Source of the DNA: a virus
Lineage: Duplodnaviria; Caudoviricetes
IMG/VR virus record: IMGVR_UViG_3300049479_000302
Span: 1 to 53,836 of that record
Reading direction: 5' to 3' (one strand)
DNA: 53,836 nucleotides
This document shows positions 10,201 through 18,349 of the stretch, piece after piece. The translations under genes and the position numbers were made by a program. The first letter of the stretch is position 1, and the number at the start of each line of letters is the position of its first letter. The notes below the pieces were generated by a model that saw only the letters and a list, made by a program, of their open reading frames with translations, made no database searches and was not told the origin of the DNA.

Positions 10201-13200
10201 CCACTCATGAGCCAATGCCCCGGCACCATTCATCTTGGTCAGGTTAATAACAGCACGCTCGCGTTCATAATGCGCTTTTGCGCTACTCAGGCCTTGTCCT
10301 CGGGCACCAAATGCAAGTGCCAAATCACCATTCAAGCCAATCGCCTTTGGTGGAATTCCAACAACTTCAGCCAAGTCCAGAAGGCCATCGTAAGCGGCAT
10401 TCATAACTTCTTGGCGTTCGCTCTGGTTATTCCAGTTACCAAACTCCACACCGCGCAGGCCAAAAGTCTTCATGAAGTCACCGCCTTCAACATCGCCATT
10501 GCGTCGCGCCACGCCGGTGCGGTCAGTTCGATCTGGCGTTGGTAGGTTTGCTTCACCAAAGGTGGTGCTGGTTTCAAGAATGGATTGTGCATTTTTGGCC
10601 ATGTACTCCATGGCAGCCACTCGGCTTGGGAACACCTGGTCGACCACTTTCACGCGCTTGCGGTCTGTGACATCGCGCCAAATCTCGTAGGTGTACTCAC
10701 CGTCTGCACCTATGCTACCTGTCGGAATTGCGCGGTGCTTAAGCGAAACCGCAGCCAAAGGAATGGCATCGAGAGCGTCTTGCTCACTCGCAAAAGTATT
10801 CTGGCTGCCACCAACTTGCCGGGCTTGGCCCATCCAATCTTTGTTGCGGCTGTCACGCATAACCCAACGGCCAGCACCGTCACCCGCCACAATCTGGGAC
10901 ACCTCAAAGCGCCTTGCCCAAGTGGGGCGATCGTCCTTATTTTTCGTTGTGCTTGCACGGAAACCGGATGCAGCCAAATCCTTGCGCGCGCCACCTATCT
11001 TCTCGCCCAAGTCTGTGATGGCGACACTTGTTGCAGCTTGCGGTTGATTTTCCTCGCCAGTACCTGGGTCTACCTCACTTTCGTTTATCGGGATTTCGGT
11101 ACCAGAATCTTTCGTTTTGTCTTGGCCAGCATTATTCAACCCAAAAAACTTAACCCGGTTGCCCACCGCGCCCGCTGCTTTCAGCGCATCGCGAATCTGC
11201 TCAGGCGTTGCATCCTCGGCCACAATCACATCGTCGCCGGTTTCAAAATCCTGCGCCGGTTCATCCCCGATATAAATCACACCCTCTTTAACGGTCACCG
11301 GCTCCGCTGAATTGGGAGTCATCCCGACCGACAAAGCCATGGGGGTCTTTTCAACTGCACGCGCGGCCTTGCGCTGCTCCTTCTTCTCGGCCTGCCTTCT
11401 AATTTCCGCTTGTTCCTGCACCTCACGGGCAGACAATGCAGGCTGCGCTGGAAGCATTGTTTCAGCAGCAGGTGCAGTGGGTGGTACCGGAATAGCTGGC
11501 GCGGCTTCTGCCTGTGTTTGAAAAGCCGAACTCTCATCAAGCGTTGAGCTGGGAAACTCCCTAACCAAAGGCAGCAAGTCTGCAATCGGCGCATCCAGGC
11601 GAATCACCTTAACTGGCTCGCCTTTCTCCTTCTTGGCCAACCACTGGTGGTGTCCGTCCACCACGTATCCATCACCGGAAACAAGAATCGAACGGTCGCC
11701 GCCTTCAAACTGCTTCGCCTTTTCCACCTTCTCGCGAGAAAACTCCGCTTGGGTCGGCTTCAAGCTGTCAGCACTCACCTGTTCCTGCTGGTGGGCAACG
11801 CCCCTGGCATTCAGGAAGTTCACCATGGCACCGCGGTTCTCAGCCTTCACTTGCGGCATTTCGGCTCGTGGAACATTCAGCGTTCCACTGTCAGGGGTGA
11901 ACACCTCCCAGTCCTTATTGGCAGCCGCTGGCTGTGCTGGTTCAGGTGAAGCAACGTCACTTTGCGTGGTTTGGGGTACCGACATGGATGTCGGCACCAT
12001 CGCCGGGGCAAACGCCTCATACCGCTTCAGAAAACTGACCTCAGCCTCGGTAGGTTCTCCACCGCGCTCCGCAATGGCAGCCTGCATCGCCTTGATTTTC
12101 TCGGTAATCGGGTTCTTGCGCCGAAAACCTGATTCAACAACAATTCCAAGGGCGGGCGTAGTTACACCCTGAGCCCCCGCCCTTGCGGCACTTTCAAGGC
12201 GCGCCTGCACGGGGTCAGGGGTTAGCACCCGCTGATTGGCAATATTGGCTTTTGTGTCCAAGTCCTGCTCAATCTGCTCGCGCGTAATTTGACCGCGCTC
12301 AAACTGGCTCACCAGCATCTGGGCTGCAGGTGTATTTGTGTTGCGTTGCTGTTCAATGAATGTGTCAACCCGCGATACCGGTACCGGCTCAACGCGCTTC
12401 TTCCCTTGGGCAACCTGGTCATATTGAAAGGCACTCGGCTCGACGGCACCAACCTTCACCGATCCCCTCGAATTTGATACGCCATCAACAAGTATCGACT
12501 CACTCACCGGCGCTTCGATCTTTGCCTTGGGTGCGGGTACATTCAACTCTTCGGGTGTAGCAACCCGGTCATAGGGCTTGCCAGCTCCGTAACGTTCAAG
12601 AAATGAAGCCTCGCTTGGGGTGGCAACGCCACCACGAGCTGCGATGGCCAGCTGGATTTCGCCAATCTTTTTGTTGACCGGGTTGTTTGGTAGCCGGGCA
12701 CCCGCCGCAGCTGCACTTTCCAAGCGCTGTTGCACGGGGTCTGGTTGAACCTGTACACCCTGTGCTGCGCTTTCAATACGCGCGGTCGCTTCTTGATTGC
12801 CCTCACCCGGTACATACGCAGTTTTGGGTTGAACAACAATTCCGATGTCCTGTGCTGCAATTGCGGCCTCGATCGCCTCGTCGGCAGTCTTTGCCTTGCT
12901 TATCAACTCAACAGGCGAAGTGAGGGCAGAAACGCCACCACCCATCACGCCACCAGTTACCGCACCCATGGTGGCAGCACCGGCCACGCCTTTGAATGGA
13001 TCAATCTCCGGGTTGTACTCAGCTGCCGCCCTATTCCCCTCAAATTGCGTTACACCCTCCTCAACAGCCTCTTGTGCGCCTTCTGAAACAAAGCCCTTCA
13101 GTGCGCGCGCAGCAACTCCACCGGTATAACCACCAGCACCGGCCAGCAGCTTTTCCACACCTACTGCACCAAAAGCACCGCCAAGCAATGCAGGTAAAAC

Positions 13201-13944
13201 TGCAGCCTTCCTCGCCGCCTTTGTGGCCAATTCCTGCTTGGCTTCGTCTTCGCTTTTTCCTGCCTCAACCAGTTGGGCAAATTCCGGTACCGCCGAAATA
13301 ATCTCGATGGGCGTATCCATCACAGCATCGTATGCACTGCCTGCAGCGTCACCGCCGCCCATCGCGGCACCAGCCGTAACACCACCAGCACGGCCAGCAA
13401 GCTGAACGGCCTTTTGCCCGCCACCCAAAGCCCCCGCAATCAGGCCAGCGCCCTTAACCGCACCACCCGGTACAGCAAACGAACCGATTGCTTGCGATAC
13501 AGCAAGCAAGGGGCTATCCACCACGTAATCCAGCACCGCGCCAATTTCTTCGCCAGCATCAATGGCGTTGGCCAGCTTCGCCTGGAACTGAAGTTTGCTT
13601 GCCTTGACTTGATCGGATTGGCTTTCTTCACCGCTTTGGATGAATCCCTCAATCGCTTTTGAAACCCGATTGCCCGGGCTAATGAAATCGGAAACCGCCT
13701 TAACGCCACCGGCGGCAGCATTGGCCACCTCAATCACGTTGTCGTTGACTACACCGAAAGCACCGCGCGGGGCGTCTTTCTTTAGCCAGCTATCGGGAAG
13801 GCTCGGATCCCCGCCTTTGAACACATAACCATCAAGCTCTTGGCCCTGCTTTGGTTCGGCTCTGCGCCAATTATTTTTCTGTGAATAATCGCCGCCCTGG
13901 AATACATAGCCGTCAACGAGATCACCAGGTTTAATTTGTTGCAT
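4231..13944 (-). CDS. Giant polyvalent virion/ejection protein, 3237 aa (ParB-like, LPD5, LPD1, MuF-C-like, zincin metallopeptidase, LPD3, ART-PolyVal, LPD38-like modules)
   Basis: LKPTQ..VDGHHQW; DLGEKIGGARKD; RGVEFGNW..AHEWFHALD..HEMAARAF; HEALGH; FKRWFGD..VVYHGT..GIYFT..QIKSATGN; last gene of the virion operon. Confidence 0.85.
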   Translation of the reverse strand: MQQIKPGDLVDGYVFQGGDYSQKNNWRRAEPKQGQELDGYVFKGGDPSLPDSWLKKDAPRGAFGVVNDNVIEVANAAAGGVKAVSDFISPGNRVSKAIEGFIQSGEESQSDQVKASKLQFQAKLANAIDAGEEIGAVLDYVVDSPLLAVSQAIGSFAVPGGAVKGAGLIAGALGGGQKAVQLAGRAGGVTAGAAMGGGDAAGSAYDAVMDTPIEIISAVPEFAQLVEAGKSEDEAKQELATKAARKAAVLPALLGGAFGAVGVEKLLAGAGGYTGGVAARALKGFVSEGAQEAVEEGVTQFEGNRAAAEYNPEIDPFKGVAGAATMGAVTGGVMGGGVSALTSPVELISKAKTADEAIEAAIAAQDIGIVVQPKTAYVPGEGNQEATARIESAAQGVQVQPDPVQQRLESAAAAGARLPNNPVNKKIGEIQLAIAARGGVATPSEASFLERYGAGKPYDRVATPEELNVPAPKAKIEAPVSESILVDGVSNSRGSVKVGAVEPSAFQYDQVAQGKKRVEPVPVSRVDTFIEQQRNTNTPAAQMLVSQFERGQITREQIEQDLDTKANIANQRVLTPDPVQARLESAARAGAQGVTTPALGIVVESGFRRKNPITEKIKAMQAAIAERGGEPTEAEVSFLKRYEAFAPAMVPTSMSVPQTTQSDVASPEPAQPAAANKDWEVFTPDSGTLNVPRAEMPQVKAENRGAMVNFLNARGVAHQQEQVSADSLKPTQAEFSREKVEKAKQFEGGDRSILVSGDGYVVDGHHQWLAKKEKGEPVKVIRLDAPIADLLPLVREFPSSTLDESSAFQTQAEAAPAIPVPPTAPAAETMLPAQPALSAREVQEQAEIRRQAEKKEQRKAARAVEKTPMALSVGMTPNSAEPVTVKEGVIYIGDEPAQDFETGDDVIVAEDATPEQIRDALKAAGAVGNRVKFFGLNNAGQDKTKDSGTEIPINESEVDPGTGEENQPQAATSVAITDLGEKIGGARKDLAASGFRASTTKNKDDRPTWARRFEVSQIVAGDGAGRWVMRDSRNKDWMGQARQVGGSQNTFASEQDALDAIPLAAVSLKHRAIPTGSIGADGEYTYEIWRDVTDRKRVKVVDQVFPSRVAAMEYMAKNAQSILETSTTFGEANLPTPDRTDRTGVARRNGDVEGGDFMKTFGLRGVEFGNWNNQSERQEVMNAAYDGLLDLAEVVGIPPKAIGLNGDLALAFGARGQGLSSAKAHYERERAVINLTKMNGAGALAHEWFHALDHYFGRQDGKAASQWKINKDGTRSFDIRGAENDMASGGFSRRDSGVREELRDAYKSLMETMFSKAEQYVEDTTKADQFVARSREDVAQRLDRLRADLSEQKDPRYYKRNNKPASAEQLAEFDTIAKQIVDGESLEVAFVQTPDSKNALGGRWSNEALEKLSAIYKAVRGRSGFDSGKQSGVMDRLRDEMNRYSQRLQMLAQAQAGQKKTKRVPTEFAMDARQLDQGRGQDYWTTPHEMAARAFQGYVEDKIAQQGARSPFLNYAPENFGILTPWGAKRPFPYGEERKAINAAIAKFISVLKTKETDTGVAMFSRSKGFAEKVDMVLDGTLPESEVVGVVRDAPVLTALGMPELPLATTGDRIAKMHYDHGMTRAEIAALEQEVQNPVMVFESDSIPGAKVVLTSMWRDGAPVIAAVRPNVRLKRFEVNLLASAYGKDRIEQLGRWNDAGLLRYFDKQKASAWATIGGVQFPWMVQLQQRLPANVIGPADVVKPTFQRGGGADNSAVVELQALADGITKGWANAPEVVVLDSLSNPATPSAVRRLNEVQKSQGASGEPRAFFYQGKVWLVAGQLKDKKSAAEALFHEALGHYGLRGVFGKALNPVLNDLAKRRPELMQAKAKEYGLDLESNNGRLTAAEEVLAELAETRPEISFVRMAVAALRTWLRNNVGFFDGLKLTNDEIVRNFIVPARDWVRKGRDGGPSIYRGRAISGYPPATAAASTFEALRPTSETIPGSARSVDKQAGSDKPEPSFSRAAITESTEFKRWFGDWKLAQKAIMPRTASGLEDAKNIAQEFVGNEIVNRATKLVGMVSGNNLRKMASQKAGDKSTSMMDHALAIANLDKLFENAVLDHSHPDSKGEPTIRAIHRYIAPMFGVDGGLRAVKLTVKETTGPKEPNPIYTVEAMEIESPPSVLSRANPNETGIRPQAGMNQSVLDMLDEVNRVSKVVDAEGKPIVVYHGTRPGNDITQFETPNNRDGIYFTPDASYAQGFTNDLRGDTGEAGSIYPVYLSVKNPYVVRADDIESDAAQNFLYRGLDRAKLEKQEYDGAMLYLDGELDQVIAFDSKQIKSATGNNGAFDPSNPDIRFSRTADKERASFKVDEPGRLDNVIYKLQDKNVDLKRVSQAITKQTGELEDTINAYQKESLYHGKAAKQSKDFLDKQLKPLLDDMRMRKVNLQEFENYLWNRHAPERNEQIAKVNDRFPDGGSGIKTEDAMRYMKGLPEDKRRHFEALAKRVDQITRDNMQMMVDSGLEKQSTIDSMKGAYKHYVPLLRGESSSYNGRGQGYSIRGATTKRALGSDKPVENIISALADQREKIISRAQKAEVGRALMGLALENPQDDFWFVFDPLLNKDEGQRTRLRDQLETMGLDADLAEEISRQPYTEEMRPNGKAIRRPNRKLTELPNALAVRLNGEDKFIVFNQENERARRMGESLSNLDAPRLEGALGVVGQATRYFASINTQYNPIFGIVNLVRDTQGALLNLTSTKIAGKQAQVVKGILPAIKAIYQISRANRSGGIVNGEWADLYERFQNTGGQTGFRDMFSTPKERTEKQLKEALDPTALQKVYSNTAKPLFDWLSDYNETLENGVRLSAFKAALDSGLSDEQAASLAKELTVNFNRKGQIGTQMGAVYAFFNASTQGTARMLEALKGPKGKQIIAGGMLLGAAQTILLGMAGFDDEDPPEFVREKNLIFPTGGGKYITIPMPLGLHVLPNVGRIITEQLMGRTQKGVTESMAGLFKVMIDSFNPVGSSTLMQTIAPTVLDPMVALSENTDFTGRNIAREDFNPSKPTPGYTRTKANSIESLVAVSRALNYLSGGSDYTKGLISPTPDQLEYVISQLTGGVGREISKIVQVGETSVTGEELPPYKVPLFGRFYGNTTSQSSQAGQFYENLRAMNDHKLEIKGRLEDGLSTMDYIKDNPEAMIFRQAESVERRIQELGRTKRKLKENGAGPESIKQVEEAITRVMSNFNERVKQMRGVEAG

Positions 13945-13949
13945 GGGAA

Positions 13950-13991
13950 TTTAAAAAAGAAAGAGGACACCCCGCGATTGGATGCCCTCAG
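13950..13991 (-). terminator. Putative intrinsic terminator upstream of the giant gene
   Basis: Minus strand GAGGGCATCC-loop-GGGTGTCCTC followed by TTTCTTTTTT. Confidence 0.55.
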
Positions 13992-14028
13992 CCTTAAACC
14001 CTCAACCTTTGATGCACTGATGTGCAAA

Positions 14029-14889
14029 CTACTTCCTCAATTTGGCCTGTAATTCCGAATACTGAGCGACCAATTGTATTTTTTCTTGATCGGTCGGTGC
14101 CTGAACAATCTGCATTTGAATATCGGACATCGCCTTTCTTATCTGGTTATTAAAAGCGGTTTTCACTTGTTGTGAATTCGTACCATCAACAGGCACAGAA
14201 GATGAGGGCAGATTGCCGGAAATCAGGCCAGAATTTTTAACCGTGGCGCGTGGGTTTTCTGGGTTCGTTGATTGAGCTGAACCGCCTCGAAATTTGCTCC
14301 ATGGCCCCTGTTCCTCCTGTTGTGCGCTTGGTGCGGCACTGCCGCCCAAAATCGGAGCGGGCATTAAGCCATTCGGTGTTTTGATGTACACAGCTTCCGC
14401 ACCCAGTTCGTTTTTCACGCTCATGTATTCCGGCTTTGCGCCTGTCCTGCCTTCAAAAAATGCAATGTCTTCAGCCAGTTTTTTTCGAGCCTCGGGATCG
14501 GTTTCATTCAGATAACGGTTTTTCATGGCCAACAACTGTTCCCGCTCTTCGTCAGCAGCTGACTTCCTGCCTGACGCTCGAATCTGCATGCTTGTAAGCT
14601 TTTCCCTAGCCGCCATTTCTTTATCCGCCTGCTCAGCGGTGAAATTTCGCCCACGCTCCAATTCCTCACCGCGAAGCTGGTTATCCAGCACAGTATTGCC
14701 AATGCGCAATTCGCTTTCACGCTCCATGTTCTGGGTGTCGTACTGCTGTTTCAGTTCCAGAATTCGCATTTGCCGCGACTCTTCAGCCTTCGCCTTCTCT
14801 GCTTCAATATTGGCCTGCATATTGGCCGTGCCAATCTGCTGCATGGTTTGCCCTGCGCCGCGCAAAGCGCCACCAATCAACCCTTTCAT
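14029..14889 (-). CDS. Putative internal virion/ejection protein
   Basis: GLIGGAL N-terminus, coiled coil, position in ejection cluster. Confidence 0.7.
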   Translation of the reverse strand: MKGLIGGALRGAGQTMQQIGTANMQANIEAEKAKAEESRQMRILELKQQYDTQNMERESELRIGNTVLDNQLRGEELERGRNFTAEQADKEMAAREKLTSMQIRASGRKSAADEEREQLLAMKNRYLNETDPEARKKLAEDIAFFEGRTGAKPEYMSVKNELGAEAVYIKTPNGLMPAPILGGSAAPSAQQEEQGPWSKFRGGSAQSTNPENPRATVKNSGLISGNLPSSSVPVDGTNSQQVKTAFNNQIRKAMSDIQMQIVQAPTDQEKIQLVAQYSELQAKLRK

Positions 14890-15362
14890 TGCATCGCTCC
14901 TTTAATCAGGCCGCCAGCAGATCCAGTAGCCTGTGCAGGCTGCATGGGCTCAGGGCTTTGGCTCGGTTGCTCGTCAGCACCTTCCATGCTGTTGGCCAAA
15001 TAGCCAATGTATAACTCCATGGCCTGGCCAAGTTCCACGTCTTCCACGTTTGCCATGCCCGCCTCTTCAATAAACTGGGCCAAATCCGTAATCAAGAAAA
15101 TGCCAGCAGGCACCAACAATTGCGGGGGCAGCGTTCCGTTCGATTCACCAAACAGCGAGCCCACCACCACAAACACCGTTGCAGCCAGCTTCTCTGGCAT
15201 TGGGTCAGGGTTTTGTGGGTTGAACTGCTCATCGAACTCTGCTTTTACCTCCTGGCTGTACATCAACTTCTTACCGGCCACCACAATGCGTTCCATTGCG
15301 CCCTGCAATTCTTTCGGTACTTGAATCTGGCCTTGCAACTCCTGTGGGTTTAGTTGTTTCAT
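14886..15362 (-). CDS. Hypothetical virion-associated protein
   Basis: Coupled ORF in ejection cluster. Confidence 0.7.
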   Translation of the reverse strand: MKQLNPQELQGQIQVPKELQGAMERIVVAGKKLMYSQEVKAEFDEQFNPQNPDPMPEKLAATVFVVVGSLFGESNGTLPPQLLVPAGIFLITDLAQFIEEAGMANVEDVELGQAMELYIGYLANSMEGADEQPSQSPEPMQPAQATGSAGGLIKGAMQ

Positions 15363-16459
15363 TTGGTAAATCCTCGGTTGTACCCACCACTACGGCCCGG
15401 AACGTACTGAGAGTTGGGCATAAAAACGCGGGCATTGGGGTTAACTTGCATAGTTGACTGGCGGCGAATGCTTGAATTGAATCGCTCGCGTCCGCCTGTT
15501 TCATCTTCAAGTTGGCGAACGCGCGCCTCATAAAGCGCTTGTTCAGCTTGGTCTTTTTCGCTCGGAATCATGTTCGTTAACATGTTTCCGCCCAGCTGCA
15601 CCAAGCCCGCATTCTCTTTGTCCGCCACAAACTTGCCAACACTCTTTGCCGTGTCCCAAGCACCAGATATCAAACCCTTGCCGGGTGCCTGTGTAACTGC
15701 GGTTGGATTCATGGCCTGTGAAATAAGTCCGCCCGCCTGCGCATTCCCGCCAGCATACGAAGCACCAACATCGCCAGCCAGCCCATCAAGCCCAGCAGAT
15801 GCATTGCTCACACTATTGCCAATGTCGCCAGCAATGCCGTCCAAGCCACCAACGGCTTCGCCCGCCTGTGATGGCAGGCCGCCTATGTCGGGCGTATTCA
15901 TAAGCTTGGCATCAGTTCCACCCATGGATCCACCAACTGGCGAACCAGTAAGCGCCCCCCAACTTTTCTGGGCACCTTCCTTCAATTGGTTGGTTGTTTC
16001 TTTCAAACCCTGAACCACGGCATCGCTAAACCCGGCACCGCTTTGTATTGCTGCCGCAGTGTTGCTGGCCACCATACCCACGCCACCGGCCAAGCCCAAC
16101 ACGCTGCCAATTTTGGTCAACTTTTCATTGCCAGTTACCGTACCCACCACCGACAGCGCGGAACCAGCAAAAGCTACCCCGGCGGTCAATGCTGCGGCCA
16201 GCGTACCCGTTCCCGCAGAAAGTGCGCCAAAAGCCGCAAAGGCCGCGCCGCCAGTGGCCATTGCAGCTGCAATTCCAAGCGCAATTGGAGCCACCTTCTT
16301 GACCACCTTAACCACACTCTTAACCGCCTTCTTATTTTTCTCGCCGTATGCCGCACCGCCGAACGGGTCGCCAGTCGGGATCTCGGCATCCCAAAGGCGG
16401 CAAACCGGGACAATCTCGGTTTCAACATAGAACTTATTCAATCGAACAGGCCTGATCAT
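15359..16459 (-). CDS. Putative DNA-transfer/ejection protein with hydrophobic Gly/Ala-rich segments
   Basis: Basic amphipathic stretch then TM-like segments; follows GNAT gene. Confidence 0.7.
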   Translation of the reverse strand: MIRPVRLNKFYVETEIVPVCRLWDAEIPTGDPFGGAAYGEKNKKAVKSVVKVVKKVAPIALGIAAAMATGGAAFAAFGALSAGTGTLAAALTAGVAFAGSALSVVGTVTGNEKLTKIGSVLGLAGGVGMVASNTAAAIQSGAGFSDAVVQGLKETTNQLKEGAQKSWGALTGSPVGGSMGGTDAKLMNTPDIGGLPSQAGEAVGGLDGIAGDIGNSVSNASAGLDGLAGDVGASYAGGNAQAGGLISQAMNPTAVTQAPGKGLISGAWDTAKSVGKFVADKENAGLVQLGGNMLTNMIPSEKDQAEQALYEARVRQLEDETGGRERFNSSIRRQSTMQVNPNARVFMPNSQYVPGRSGGYNRGFTK

Positions 16460-16839
16460 TTTTTTCTCTCGTATGGTTGTGTGGTCAAAATGAAGTAATC
16501 AAACGTCTCCGAACTCCATGTTTTACTAAAACCAATTCGCTCAATAAACTCACGGTCTTTGTCGCTGCCAATCGGAAGTTTTGTGGTTATAAACCCCCAC
16601 TGATCCATGATTGGGGCAGCCAGTTCGCGCAATGCTTTGCGACTTAAAACCCGCCCTTGATGCCCCGGCTTTACATTCAAGTGCACCTCAGTGCCGCAAT
16701 ACACCAGAACGGCCACATCCTCGCCGCCGTGCATTAGTACATGGGCTTGCCACCCTGGCGGCACAGCGTTGTAAGGCAGCACTACATCGCCAGGAAGTGC
16801 TGCCAATTCGCTATCAGTCATGTAATGTAAATCAGCCAA
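16456..16839 (-). CDS. GNAT-fold acetyltransferase-like virion assembly protein
   Basis: EVHL.V.PGHQGR and FIERIGF motifs; typical position among podovirus internal protein genes. Confidence 0.7.
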   Translation of the reverse strand: MADLHYMTDSELAALPGDVVLPYNAVPPGWQAHVLMHGGEDVAVLVYCGTEVHLNVKPGHQGRVLSRKALRELAAPIMDQWGFITTKLPIGSDKDREFIERIGFSKTWSSETFDYFILTTQPYERKK

Positions 16840-17674
16840 AATTCACCAACTCGCCTAGGTTTAATTTAGAAAGTGCGCCCTGCAGCACCATCGCGTTTTT
16901 AAGCATTGCCTCCTGCTCCTCCACCAAAACCTTCTTGGCAGCAGCGTCCAGTTTTTCATTCAACTGTATTGCAGCAATGTTTTTGGTGGTTTCCCTGAAA
17001 AGCTCTTGGCTATTGGCGCTCGTTTGAAGCAAGGTTTTGTAATCGGCCTCAATACCCGCAAGGTTCTGGCGTGTTGTCGCATCAATCTGCTGTAAATTGA
17101 GCTGCAAATCTCGATTAAGCTTGGCTTGATCGCCCTGAAAACCCAGTTCCTTATTTAGCAAATTCTCGCGCTGCAGGCGTTCAGCTGCGGATTGTGCCCC
17201 TTGAAATTCCTGCTGGTTATTTTGTAGATCAAGCGTCCTGCCAAATTGATTTTCATCGGCAGCATTTGCAAAGGCTGCGTCTCTACTTTGAAAATAATCC
17301 TGTTGCTGAAATTTATTGTCATCAAGCTTGAATGTATTGTCGGCGCTTTGGTTTAGCTGCTGAGCTGAAAAGCTTGTTTGTGCGTCCTGCTGGGCAATTG
17401 GCAATGCCGCATTGATTGCAGCCGACTCACCGGCGCCCACGCCGATCGAGGAATTAATCAAACCCCTGGCATTTGCCGCTTGGTTCGATCTAGCCCTCGC
17501 TGATTGCAGATAGCGAGAATTTTCATCCAGCAAATTGTTGAGCTGATCGCTTACCTTTGAATCCGCGCTTGGTGTTATCTGCGTAGCCTGCTGCGCCGTA
17601 GGCTTGGGTGTAGCCGCAGCCGCATTAAAAACAGAATTACCTGCGCGAGTAGAAAAAGGGTTTTGAATTGCCAT
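16832..17674 (-). CDS. Putative internal virion protein
   Basis: Gln/Ala-rich; ANARGLINSS motif; ATG at 17674. Confidence 0.7.
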   Translation of the reverse strand: MAIQNPFSTRAGNSVFNAAAATPKPTAQQATQITPSADSKVSDQLNNLLDENSRYLQSARARSNQAANARGLINSSIGVGAGESAAINAALPIAQQDAQTSFSAQQLNQSADNTFKLDDNKFQQQDYFQSRDAAFANAADENQFGRTLDLQNNQQEFQGAQSAAERLQRENLLNKELGFQGDQAKLNRDLQLNLQQIDATTRQNLAGIEADYKTLLQTSANSQELFRETTKNIAAIQLNEKLDAAAKKVLVEEQEAMLKNAMVLQGALSKLNLGELVNFG

Positions 17675-17767
17675 ATAAAGCGGCTCCAAGTGGGAATTAC
17701 CCACATTGGATTACTTAAGCCGCTCTACATCAACGCCCAGTGCTTGCATGTGCAATTTAAAATATGA

Positions 17768-18334
17768 TCAAGCCTCAGCCTCAAAGGCAAAGTTTTTATT
17801 GATACCCATCAAAGATTGTGGAAGCCAGGCTCCATCCGACATAACAAGCGGACCACCAAAAAGTTCTAGTGTTGTTGTATTGGTTGCCCAGACAGTCTTA
17901 ATCACGCTTGATCTATCCATCCCGTCATACCACTGCCATTCCACGCCGTCAGTCAAATTTATTAACTTTAATTTTCGAACTGCTATCGGCATCGGCAATT
18001 TAAGCATTTGCTGCACCACTGCGCCTGCTGTAAGTCCTGCCGTTTGCAAAACTTTTTCGCGAAAAGTCAACACGCCTGCTGCGGGGGTTGCCGTAATGAA
18101 CGTCTCTAGGGGCACTGTGCCACCCGCATTCCCACCACCCGCAATGCTAATTGCCGCATTACTTGCAAAACCCGTGATGGATGCAACAGTTACCGTTCGA
18201 GCACCCAGCGCCCCGCCACTACTCACGGTTGTAGAAATCAGCGGGGTAGCATCATTGAAAAATACACCTTTAAACTCCCTAAACCTTTCAGTTATTTGTT
18301 CTTGTCTGCTTTGAGTTTTAAAAATAATGGCCAT
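17768..18334 (-). CDS. Hypothetical virion/tail protein
   Basis: 188-aa beta-rich ORF in the tail region. Confidence 0.6.
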   Translation of the reverse strand: MAIIFKTQSRQEQITERFREFKGVFFNDATPLISTTVSSGGALGARTVTVASITGFASNAAISIAGGGNAGGTVPLETFITATPAAGVLTFREKVLQTAGLTAGAVVQQMLKLPMPIAVRKLKLINLTDGVEWQWYDGMDRSSVIKTVWATNTTTLELFGGPLVMSDGAWLPQSLMGINKNFAFEAEA

Positions 18335-18349
18335 GTTTACGGTCTCAAA

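Noticed and set aside
4231-13944. Virion RNA polymerase as in N4, suggested by the N4-type capsid and giant ORF
   Set aside because: No RNA polymerase motifs recognised; the domains are those of polyvalent proteins
17706-18314. Plus-strand 202-aa ORF and similar antisense ORFs across the late region
   Set aside because: Overlap well-supported minus-strand genes and lack RBS or motif support
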